A stretch of 56,972 nt of DNA from a virus (taxonomy: Duplodnaviria > Caudoviricetes). Shown here in pieces: positions 35,659-43,262 of this stretch. Numbering within the stretch: the stretch's first letter is position 1; every line of letters starts with the position of its first letter. The DNA is taken from positions 1 through 56,972 of IMG/VR virus record IMGVR_UViG_3300048837_000350; one strand, 5' to 3'. The notes beneath the pieces were generated by a model. That model did not search any database, was not told the DNA's origin, and saw only the letters and a list, made by a program, of their open reading frames with translations. A program made the position numbers and the translations under genes.

Positions 35659-35984
35659 GCGTGTGCACGGATTGCAATGACGACTCCCACCAATGCACGG
35701 AATGCGGGAACGCATACTTCTCTATTCCCTGCGAACAGTGGCACGACAAGGAGCAGGTGACATTCAATGGCGGGGTCAAATACGGAGAGTGGAAGGGTTA
35801 TGCCGCTTGTCTTGCAGACGTAGTGGCATGGCTACGAAAGACTGGCGATTGGTTTAGCGACATTACCGACAACGGGCAATGCGAACACGGGAACTACAGT
35901 TGGGAAGGATGCGAGACGTGTGGCATCAAGGGTGTGGCTGATGCGATTGAGCGGGGCGAAGCGAAAGGCGCAAGCAATGAGTAG
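35655..35984 (+). CDS. Cys-rich hypothetical protein
   Basis: CTDC, CTEC, CEH...CETC. Confidence 0.6.
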   Translation: MSVCTDCNDDSHQCTECGNAYFSIPCEQWHDKEQVTFNGGVKYGEWKGYAACLADVVAWLRKTGDWFSDITDNGQCEHGNYSWEGCETCGIKGVADAIERGEAKGASNE

Positions 35985-36330
35985 AGGCGAGCTACTATTC
36001 TCGGTCAGTATTAAAGATTGCAAAGTAGAGTCCCTGCGTAACAGTAAAGGCGCTGGTGGACAGCATCGCGATAAGACCAGTAGCGCCCAGAGAGTTACTC
36101 ACGAGCCAAGTGGAGCTAGCGCGTATTGTCAGGATCATCGCGAGCAGTATCGCAATAAGCGTGATGCGTTCCTGAAGATGATTAGAACTCCACAGTTCAA
36201 GTCGTGGCATCGTCGGATGATTAATGAGTTGAGTGGGATGCCTACTGTTGAGCAGGTTGTCGAAGAGCAGATGACTGAGTGTAACATCATGATTGAGGTT
36301 CGTGGCGATAAGGGTTGGGAGAAGATATGA
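35977..36330 (+). CDS. GGQ-motif peptide chain release factor-like (RF-1 domain) protein
   Basis: SKGAGGQHRDKTSSAQRVTHEPSG....CQDHREQYRNK..A. Confidence 0.85.
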   Translation: MSRGELLFSVSIKDCKVESLRNSKGAGGQHRDKTSSAQRVTHEPSGASAYCQDHREQYRNKRDAFLKMIRTPQFKSWHRRMINELSGMPTVEQVVEEQMTECNIMIEVRGDKGWEKI

Positions 36331-36848
36331 GCGTTTCTATTAACTGCATCCCTAGCCGCACTAGATACAGGATGACTCTCGAGTTACATTGCACTAAGTG
36401 CGATTGCTACTTCGGTTGGTACCCTGATGATGAGGCTGGCTACGACGCCGCGAAGGAACATCAGAGTAAGCATGAGTCTAGCTGTACTGGCAATGAGAGG
36501 CTCACTAGTGACGCGCTGGCAGCCAAGATGAAAGCCCACATTAAAGAACGTAAGGCGATATACGATGCACTCACTGACAATCCAGATCGAGTGATTGCAA
36601 ACAGCGGAACCGAGTCATTGCAAACAGCGGATCAAGATAAGATCCATGACTGGTCTACGTTTATTCGTCTTAGGGGTTCAATGGAGTTGCCCGGTCGCAT
36701 GGCCGAAGCATTGATTGCTCTTGACGAGTGTAACTATGATCATGATTGTGGAGGCGAGGGTGATTATCCTCGCTGTAAGGAGTGTCGTGCTGTGCGTCTG
36801 CTGCGTACAATGATATTGGAGCTTGGCGCTCATGGGATTGGTCGTTAA
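36327..36848 (+). CDS. hypothetical Zn-finger-containing protein
   Basis: CTKC...H...H; C...C......CKEC. Confidence 0.6.
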   Translation: MSVSINCIPSRTRYRMTLELHCTKCDCYFGWYPDDEAGYDAAKEHQSKHESSCTGNERLTSDALAAKMKAHIKERKAIYDALTDNPDRVIANSGTESLQTADQDKIHDWSTFIRLRGSMELPGRMAEALIALDECNYDHDCGGEGDYPRCKECRAVRLLRTMILELGAHGIGR

Positions 36849-36951
36849 GCCGTTCGGCTAATAATCGTTCCATATCTCCTAGTCTCGCCCTGAATAACGC
36901 CGAGCGGCGTTAACGGTCACACGGACTTCGATTAGTGGTCACACGAGTGTC

Positions 36952-36960
36952 GGCACAATA
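36952..36960 (+). promoter_or_regulatory. late-promoter motif GGCACAATA
   Basis: 6 nt before ATG36967. Confidence 0.6.
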
Positions 36961-36966
36961 GTGTGC

Positions 36967-37470
36967 ATGACTCAACTAGCTAGACCACGTAGTAACTGGG
37001 GCGCAGCGAAGCCGAAAAAGAATCCTACTCGAGTAGACTGGGATGAGAATACGGTGGAGCGAGCGCACCACACGGCTACGCGTAAGCCGAAGGGTAAGAC
37101 TCGCAAGCTTCTCATTGAGGACGAGCAGCGTTGTATGCGCGAGATCCAGTCTGCGGCGATGAAGGGTAAGGACGCTAAGTACAGCGATATTCCCTACAAC
37201 TTCCTGATCATGCCTAGTGGTCGTCGCTATACTGGGCGTGGCGCAGAGATCCTTGGTGGCCACACGCTTGGCCATAACACTGATGTGGGCATTGCATTCG
37301 TCGGGAACTATGAGATTGATAAGCCTACAGTCGCTTCGCTTGTCTCATTCTGGCAGCTACGGCGTGAGCTTCGTAAGCGTTACGGCATCAGCGTTAAGGT
37401 GTATCCGCACAGTGACACGTTCCCGACTGCTTGCCCCGGTAAGTATTTGAAGAAGGCTCTAAAGATTTAG
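36967..37470 (+). CDS. N-acetylmuramoyl-L-alanine amidase (PGRP/Amidase_2)
   Basis: HHTA, DIPYNFLI...G..Y.GRG....GGHT.GHN...GIAFVGNY, PHSD..PTACPG. Confidence 0.9.
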   Translation: MTQLARPRSNWGAAKPKKNPTRVDWDENTVERAHHTATRKPKGKTRKLLIEDEQRCMREIQSAAMKGKDAKYSDIPYNFLIMPSGRRYTGRGAEILGGHTLGHNTDVGIAFVGNYEIDKPTVASLVSFWQLRRELRKRYGISVKVYPHSDTFPTACPGKYLKKALKI

Positions 37471-37477
37471 GAGCCTG

Positions 37478-37981
37478 ATGGGTGATGTTGTTCACATAGG
37501 AGCGGGCGGCTCATCGTGGGGTCGCATGGATGGTGAGTCCTCTGGAGAGTACGCGCTGTTTGAGGAGTATGTGCGGCTTGGAGACTTGAAGCGAGTAGCT
37601 TCTGGATCTGGAGTATCCCTTGCGCGTGTTAAGCGTGCAGCGCAAGTCTGGGATTGGAAGGGTCGGAAGGAAGCACTCGTGTCTGAGGGGCAGAGTGTTC
37701 TCACGTCTAGCGCGTTCCTTGAGGGTGTTGTCTATGAGAAGGCGGTGCAGTTGGTGGCTGAGAAGCTGCTTGAGCTTGGACTCGACACGCTCACACTGCG
37801 AGATCCTAGTCTTATTCCTGTTGAGACTGCACAGTCTATGGTTCGTGACGCTGTGGGCATCCTGAAGGGTAGGGATGCTGCTGATATTAACGTGAAGATT
37901 AGCCGCGAGGAGAGCGTCGCGTTCATTGATGGTCTGGTCGGGGAGATTCTCGACGCAGAGGTTATTGATGAGACTGAGTGA
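37478..37981 (+). CDS. terminase small subunit (putative)
   Basis: HTH-like N-terminus (ES...YALF..Y..LG......W.W..R), immediately upstream of terL. Confidence 0.6.
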   Translation: MGDVVHIGAGGSSWGRMDGESSGEYALFEEYVRLGDLKRVASGSGVSLARVKRAAQVWDWKGRKEALVSEGQSVLTSSAFLEGVVYEKAVQLVAEKLLELGLDTLTLRDPSLIPVETAQSMVRDAVGILKGRDAADINVKISREESVAFIDGLVGEILDAEVIDETE

Positions 37982-39317
37982 GGAGTCTCGGACTAAGCTC
38001 GCAAAGCTTCCTGATGATCAGAGGCTTATGGCTATTTGCGCTATCCGCGCTAGGCTCTGGCAGAAGCTTGCTCGTCCAAGTCAGGTGCCTCCAGATGTTT
38101 CGTTACCGTGGTTTCTTTGGTATTTCCAATCCGGGCGCGGATGTGGGAAATCAAGATCCGCGTCTGAGTGGATCGTAGAGCAGCTTGGCAGGCGTCCCGG
38201 TACTCGAGGGTTCCTTATGGGTCCAACGATGCGTCACGTCCATCAGGTGATGCTTCAGGGCGAGTCTGGCGTCCTGAGTCTCGTGGGAGACAATACGACG
38301 TACAAGTTCCGCGAGTTGAAGAACGAAGTCGTATTCTCTAACGGTAGTGTCCTCATCTTGTACACGTCGGAGCGGCAAGACTTGTTCCGTGGTAACGAGT
38401 TTCATTATGGGTGGATTGATGAGCCTGCGGAACTAGAGCGTGGGCTTGACGCTTGGGAGACTATTACCCCGGCGATTCGTTTAACTGACGGCTTGCCTAC
38501 GCACACGCTTGTGACTGGGACTCCTAAGCAGAAGCCGCTGACAAAGTACTTGAAGAAGCTGTGCGAGTCTGATACCGAGCGGCACGTGTTCCGTCAAGGA
38601 TCTACGCTCGACAATATGTCGAACCTCGACGCGGGAATGATCGCACAGATTGAAGCTCGCAAGGGTACACGCTGGTATCGTCAGGAGATACTAGGCGAGC
38701 TACTAGAGGACGCGGAGGACGCTCTGTGGGATAGCGTGCTGATCGAGAATATCCAGATCGCTAAAGCAGAGCTTCCCAAGTTTGATCGTAAAGTACTCGC
38801 GATTGACCCAGCGTTGTCTACGGATAAGAAAGCTGACGAGACTGGTATCGTTCTTGGCGCTCGAGGAGTCGATAAGAAAGCCTATATCCTAGCTGACTAC
38901 AGCTTGCAGGCTTCAGCACTAGAGTGGGCTAGGCTTGTTGCGAAGATTGCAGTAGAGCAGAAGGTTCGCGAAGTGATTTACGAGCGTAACCTAGCCGGGC
39001 CACTGCTTGAGGAGATCCTGAAGAAAGTCCTAGGCGAGCATGCTCCGGGCGTGAAGCTCACTCCAGTACATGCGAATAAGAGCAAGATGCACAGAGCAGA
39101 GCCTGTATCGGCTGCGTACTATGGTGGTAAGGTCATGCACTGCTTCGACTATATCGCTGGCCGAGACTTGTCAGACCTCGAGTCGCAGCAGACTACATGG
39201 TCACCGTCTGATACGAAGAGTCCGGATAGGATTGACGCGCTCGTTCACTTGGTTGATCGGCTCGTGATTCGCACTGGTGGTATGACTGCTATCGCTCCGG
39301 ATCGTATTCGTATCTGA
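37968..39317 (+). CDS. terL: terminase large subunit
   Basis: Walker A GRGCGKS, Walker B WIDE, TGTP, nuclease motifs AIDPA...DETGI and SPDRIDALV. Confidence 0.93.
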   Translation: MRLSEESRTKLAKLPDDQRLMAICAIRARLWQKLARPSQVPPDVSLPWFLWYFQSGRGCGKSRSASEWIVEQLGRRPGTRGFLMGPTMRHVHQVMLQGESGVLSLVGDNTTYKFRELKNEVVFSNGSVLILYTSERQDLFRGNEFHYGWIDEPAELERGLDAWETITPAIRLTDGLPTHTLVTGTPKQKPLTKYLKKLCESDTERHVFRQGSTLDNMSNLDAGMIAQIEARKGTRWYRQEILGELLEDAEDALWDSVLIENIQIAKAELPKFDRKVLAIDPALSTDKKADETGIVLGARGVDKKAYILADYSLQASALEWARLVAKIAVEQKVREVIYERNLAGPLLEEILKKVLGEHAPGVKLTPVHANKSKMHRAEPVSAAYYGGKVMHCFDYIAGRDLSDLESQQTTWSPSDTKSPDRIDALVHLVDRLVIRTGGMTAIAPDRIRI

Positions 39318-39320
39318 ACG

Positions 39321-39351
39321 AAATAAACGAAACCCCCGCCAGAGCGAGGGT
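39321..39351 (-). terminator. intrinsic terminator for the HD gene
   Basis: Reverse complement ACCCTCGC-TCTG-GCGGGGGT-TTCGTTTATTT. Confidence 0.6.
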
Positions 39352-39454
39352 CGCGTCATGATTCTGATTGTTATGTAGATCAGATCGAGGGTTTCTTGTT
39401 TTTATGCGGGAGACTTATACGGCGCTCCCGCGACTGTTACCGCTTTCCTCCGTG

Positions 39455-40087
39455 TTACCACGTTACGAGGGAAGGCTTAGTCTCTGCAGGCTCTGGGTCG
39501 AAGACTCCATCGAGCCTTGCTGCTCGCTCGATCATTGCTGTTGCCAATGCGTGTGCGTGGCTAATGAAATGTCCGGGCCTACCGAACGCTTCAAGCACGT
39601 GATCCAAGCATCGACCATATGCTCCGCATTGCTCTGGGAAGTATTGTGGTGCTGCGTGTCCACATATCTGAGCTTCTGTGGCTACCGCTGCTTTGTCTGC
39701 AACCTCAACGTCTTCCCACGCATCGTCAGACATGAAGTAGTAGTCGAAGCGTGCATCGTCCAGTTCGAGTTCTTTTCGTAGGCTGTCGATGATCTTCAAG
39801 CATAGTTGATGTTCTAGTTGTGACTGCTCGTCGGTCTTCCATGTTCCGACACAGTCACCAACGATTGCTTCCGCTGCATCGTGTAGTAGTCCGAGGAGTG
39901 CGAATCGTGGATTACATAGATACGATACGAAGATGCTGTGTTCCGCGACGCTGATCTGGTCTTCCGTCTGCCCAGCGAAGCGGATGATCGCGGAGAGTCC
40001 TCGAGCGACGTCTTCTAGTGTAGGCATTTCTCCTGTGTGACGAGCGTCTACTTCTGGGAATACTGCTTTACCTGAGTATGTAATCAT
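39455..40087 (-). CDS. HD-domain (YfbR-like) deoxynucleotide phosphohydrolase
   Basis: LS..IRFAGQ....SVAEHS...LLHDAAEA..GD...AD; AGGAAGG SD before ATG40087. Confidence 0.85.
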   Translation of the reverse strand: MITYSGKAVFPEVDARHTGEMPTLEDVARGLSAIIRFAGQTEDQISVAEHSIFVSYLCNPRFALLGLLHDAAEAIVGDCVGTWKTDEQSQLEHQLCLKIIDSLRKELELDDARFDYYFMSDDAWEDVEVADKAAVATEAQICGHAAPQYFPEQCGAYGRCLDHVLEAFGRPGHFISHAHALATAMIERAARLDGVFDPEPAETKPSLVTW

Positions 40088-40103
40088 CTGTGCCTTCCTG
40101 CGC

Positions 40104-40112
40104 GGCATAATA
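40104..40112 (+). promoter_or_regulatory. late-promoter motif GGCATAATA
   Basis: 6 nt before ATG40119. Confidence 0.65.
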
Positions 40113-40118
40113 GGCCGC

Positions 40119-40538
40119 ATGACGATTGTGGTTTTGTATCTGTTAGCTGTTGCTCGGATAACTAGATTATTGGGACGGGATGTTATCACACAACGATTGC
40201 GTGACGCAATCTTCGTCTTCAGTCCACCGCCGATTGATACTCCCGGAGCTTCCGACGCTACGTGGGCGCACGTACATGTTTCCGGTTTCCGGAAAAAGCT
40301 GAAGCTCTTATGGAGATCACAGCGGGGAGACTGGGATTATGTTCAGCAGCACGTCGGTGAAACGACTCCCGGTTTTTTTGGGAAACTTTTTTCTTGCGCT
40401 GATTGTCTCTCGGTCTGGGTAGCTGCTGGTCTTGGATTGTTCTATTGGGCATATCCTGATATCGCGTACTGGGTACTGCTTGTTTCCGCAGGAGCATGGG
40501 CTGCTAGCGCTAGTCAACGACTCGTCTTCAAGGATTAG
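40119..40538 (+). CDS. DUF1360-like membrane protein
   Basis: LAVARITRLL..D.IT..LRD...L..C..C.SVWVAA, TM helices. Confidence 0.8.
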   Translation: MTIVVLYLLAVARITRLLGRDVITQRLRDAIFVFSPPPIDTPGASDATWAHVHVSGFRKKLKLLWRSQRGDWDYVQQHVGETTPGFFGKLFSCADCLSVWVAAGLGLFYWAYPDIAYWVLLVSAGAWAASASQRLVFKD

Positions 40539-40540
40539 GT

Positions 40541-40819
40541 GTGAGCGAACAGGAGCAAACCATCGTGCAGCTACTCCTCCTCTCTGATGGGGATCATGGG
40601 GTTGTGTGCGAGAAGCTTGGCGTGGACGAGAGTGATGTGGAGCAGGCGTGGCTCAGGTTGTATGGCGACGCTCCGCCAGTCTTGCGTCGTAACCGTAGCT
40701 TAGTGTGTCAGTGGCATCGCGCTCAAATGATTCGTAATCGCGCTACAGCGAGTGGAGACTTGCGGGCGGAAATGAAAGCCGAGGAGCTACTGCGTAGACT
40801 CTTGGCCGGGCGCGTGTAG
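40541..40819 (+). CDS. hypothetical protein
   Basis: 92 aa before the portal gene. Confidence 0.6.
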   Translation: MSEQEQTIVQLLLLSDGDHGVVCEKLGVDESDVEQAWLRLYGDAPPVLRRNRSLVCQWHRAQMIRNRATASGDLRAEMKAEELLRRLLAGRV

Positions 40820-40834
40820 GCAGGATATTAGAGC

Positions 40835-42097
40835 ATGACTTCACGATTTGATATTGGTAAAAAGGAAGAGGCGCACCTTACTGGTGCGTCAGAGTTTATC
40901 TCCGCAGATAATCCTGCTTCCCCGAAGATGATTCGCGGCAGGCAGCAGAACTGGCAGCGCCGAGTATTCGCTTTCAGCGATGCCATACCAGAGGTCGGAG
41001 CGGCTGCTCGCTGGATCTACAATGCTGTTAACAAGGTTGAGTTTAAGAGCGCGAACGGAAATGCTGCCATCGACGCAGAACTGCTGCTACTCGACGCTGG
41101 TCGTATAGCGCAGCACCTCATGCTGGTAGGAGAATCCTACTTATTGTCTGGAGAGAAGATCCCGAGTCGCTGGGAAGAGCTTGCTCCCGGTGAGTATGAG
41201 TATGAGAAGGGGAAGTCTAAGTACCGTGTTAATAGCGGGTCGATGGCTCCAGTTCCTGCTGGCACGGATATTCTCCGAGTATTCATTCCACAGCCGAAGG
41301 ATCGGTTCGCTGCGGATAGTGTTCATCGTGGGATGCTCGATTTGCTGGAGGCGCTCTACCTCCACCAACTGGCCGATGTTACGCTTGGCGGGTCGCGAGC
41401 GGCATGGGCTGGGTTCCAGTACATTCCCGCGAATGAGCTAACCGAGAATCCTCCCGGTCATAAGGGTGAGCCTGATCCGGGAACACGCGAGTGGCTAGCA
41501 CAGGACATCAGCAGGTTCCTACGCGAGAGTATCACTAAGGGCGGGGATCGCGATAAGGTCTTAATGCCATACTTGCTATTCGGCGATGCCGAGTATGCGG
41601 ATGGTTTGAAGCACATGCTTCCAGAGCGCAGTGATGATGGCGAGGGATTCACTAAGCGCATTGAGGGATATGTGAAGCGCTACGCTCGCACGACTGGAGT
41701 TCCAGCCGAGGTGATCCTTGGTTATGAGGATGCTTCACATTGGTCTGCGTACAAGATGTCAGAGGACGGGTACCGCTACTATGTAGCTCCACTCGTGAAG
41801 ATCATCACAGACGTATTGACGCGCCTATATTCTGAGCGTGCAGGTACACTGACCTTGATCACTGCTGATCCGCAAGCACTGATTTCCAAGCCAGACTTGA
41901 CTGATGCTGCTATCAGACTATTCCAGCTTGGAGCGCTCAGTGCGGAGGCTGCGATTGTCGCTGCCGGATTCAAGCCTGAAGACATCGGCTCCGGATCTGC
42001 CGTGGCTACTACTCCGAATACGACGGGGGAGAATCAGCACTCTGGCGTTGATCGTACAGGGCAATCTCCTCGCGCCGGGACTGGTAGCGTGGTATAG
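40835..42097 (+). CDS. portal protein
   Basis: Position between terL and protease; WQ........IPEV, L.LVGESYL, GVPAEVILG..DASHWSA. Confidence 0.8.
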   Translation: MTSRFDIGKKEEAHLTGASEFISADNPASPKMIRGRQQNWQRRVFAFSDAIPEVGAAARWIYNAVNKVEFKSANGNAAIDAELLLLDAGRIAQHLMLVGESYLLSGEKIPSRWEELAPGEYEYEKGKSKYRVNSGSMAPVPAGTDILRVFIPQPKDRFAADSVHRGMLDLLEALYLHQLADVTLGGSRAAWAGFQYIPANELTENPPGHKGEPDPGTREWLAQDISRFLRESITKGGDRDKVLMPYLLFGDAEYADGLKHMLPERSDDGEGFTKRIEGYVKRYARTTGVPAEVILGYEDASHWSAYKMSEDGYRYYVAPLVKIITDVLTRLYSERAGTLTLITADPQALISKPDLTDAAIRLFQLGALSAEAAIVAAGFKPEDIGSGSAVATTPNTTGENQHSGVDRTGQSPRAGTGSVV

Positions 42098-42127
42098 TGT
42101 GAGTAGCGATTGCTTGCTTGTCGCTTT

Positions 42128-42170
42128 GGCCCGCCTCCGGTTCTAGCCTTCCGGGGGGCGGGCCTTCTTA
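42128..42170 (+). terminator. hairpin terminator
   Basis: GGCCCGCCTCCGG-loop-CCGGGGGGCGGGCC-TTCTTA. Confidence 0.65.
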
Positions 42171-42172
42171 TT

Positions 42173-42181
42173 GGCATCATA
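42173..42181 (+). promoter_or_regulatory. late-promoter motif GGCATCATA
   Basis: 6 nt before ATG42188. Confidence 0.65.
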
Positions 42182-42187
42182 AGTTCC

Positions 42188-43153
42188 ATGCCAGCACCAC
42201 TTAATCCGCCCACCGAATGGTTCGCTCCGCCACAAGAGGGAATCCCTACAGATAAGCGCATCACGATTGATGCTGACGGTAGGGTCTATGGCTATATCGC
42301 TCTCCGTGGTTCGTGTCATGTTGGGATGGAGGGATGCGTTACTGCTCCGCTTGGACAGTCGAAGAGTGGGTACGAGTTCGCTCATCAGGGCGAGACTCTG
42401 ACTGCTTCCGGTGATATGGTTCGTACCGCTGTGATTCCGGGGGGGATTGCGCATGCTGGTACTGGAATGAGCGCAGATGAGGCGGGCGATGTTTACGCTA
42501 ATACTGGACGTCAACTCATGCGAGTGCGCTACGGTGAGGATGCGAATGGTTTGTGGTTCGCGGGGAGCCTCTTCCCAGACGTGTCTGAGTTGGATATTGC
42601 GCGAATACGCGCTTCCAGTATCAGTGGCGATTGGCGCTGGCAGTCTGGGTGGCGCAAATCTGGTAGCGGAGCAGAGTTCGTAGGAGCTTGCCTAGTAAAC
42701 ATTCCGGGCCTACCAATCCCGGCTAAGGGTAGCGAGCGTATCGCAATGGGCAACGGTAAGCCTTTCGCGCTCGTTGCTTCACTCTTCCCTAACGCAGACG
42801 TATTCTTGACTGCTGACGGGTCAACCACTACAGAAGGAGCGACAGTGACTGAAGAGGCTACTACCGAAACAGGGGCGAGTGTAGAATCTACACCATGCTC
42901 ATGTACGGGACATACTGGAGAATCTGATGCTGCTGGGAATGATAGCGACGCTGGCGATGCTGGAAGCGATACTACTCCTGCTGGAGTTGATGGCGAAGCT
43001 AGTGGAACAGAGTCTGTTGAGGATCGGCTTGCCCGGATTGAGCAGACTGTTCTTAGCATGACCGAGCCTGTGAAGGCTTTGTATAACGCTCATGCCGCTG
43101 ATGCTCGTAAGCGCGAAGCTGAAGTACTATTCGCAGCGTTTGTAGAGGAATAG
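42188..43153 (+). CDS. capsid maturation protease
   Basis: GRVYGYIA...CHVG...P...SGY..AH; GED.NGLWFAG; ISGDWR; VNIPGLP. Confidence 0.75.
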   Translation: MPAPLNPPTEWFAPPQEGIPTDKRITIDADGRVYGYIALRGSCHVGMEGCVTAPLGQSKSGYEFAHQGETLTASGDMVRTAVIPGGIAHAGTGMSADEAGDVYANTGRQLMRVRYGEDANGLWFAGSLFPDVSELDIARIRASSISGDWRWQSGWRKSGSGAEFVGACLVNIPGLPIPAKGSERIAMGNGKPFALVASLFPNADVFLTADGSTTTEGATVTEEATTETGASVESTPCSCTGHTGESDAAGNDSDAGDAGSDTTPAGVDGEASGTESVEDRLARIEQTVLSMTEPVKALYNAHAADARKREAEVLFAAFVEE

Positions 43154-43176
43154 CTTGCGGAGAGATCCGTAATACC

Positions 43177-43207
43177 GACGCCCCCGGCTTGTCTGGGGGC
43201 GTTCTTA
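43177..43207 (+). terminator. hairpin terminator
   Basis: GACGCCCCCGG-CTTGT-CTGGGGGCGTT-CTTA. Confidence 0.65.
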
Positions 43208-43213
43208 TGTGGC

Positions 43214-43222
43214 GGCATAATA
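43214..43222 (+). promoter_or_regulatory. late-promoter motif GGCATAATA
   Basis: Upstream of the major capsid gene. Confidence 0.65.
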
Positions 43223-43262
43223 CGCAGCGAAGTAACCCGAGTACAAGGATTTGCACAAAACA

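Noticed and set aside
35977-36330. Stop-codon reassignment suggested by a release-factor-like gene
   Set aside because: Long genes are intact in the standard code, TAG, TGA and TAA all end genes, and no suppressor tRNA was seen.
39455-40087. Z-base (2-aminoadenine) genome pathway
   Set aside because: No purZ-like or polymerase gene is recognisable; an HD enzyme alone is insufficient.
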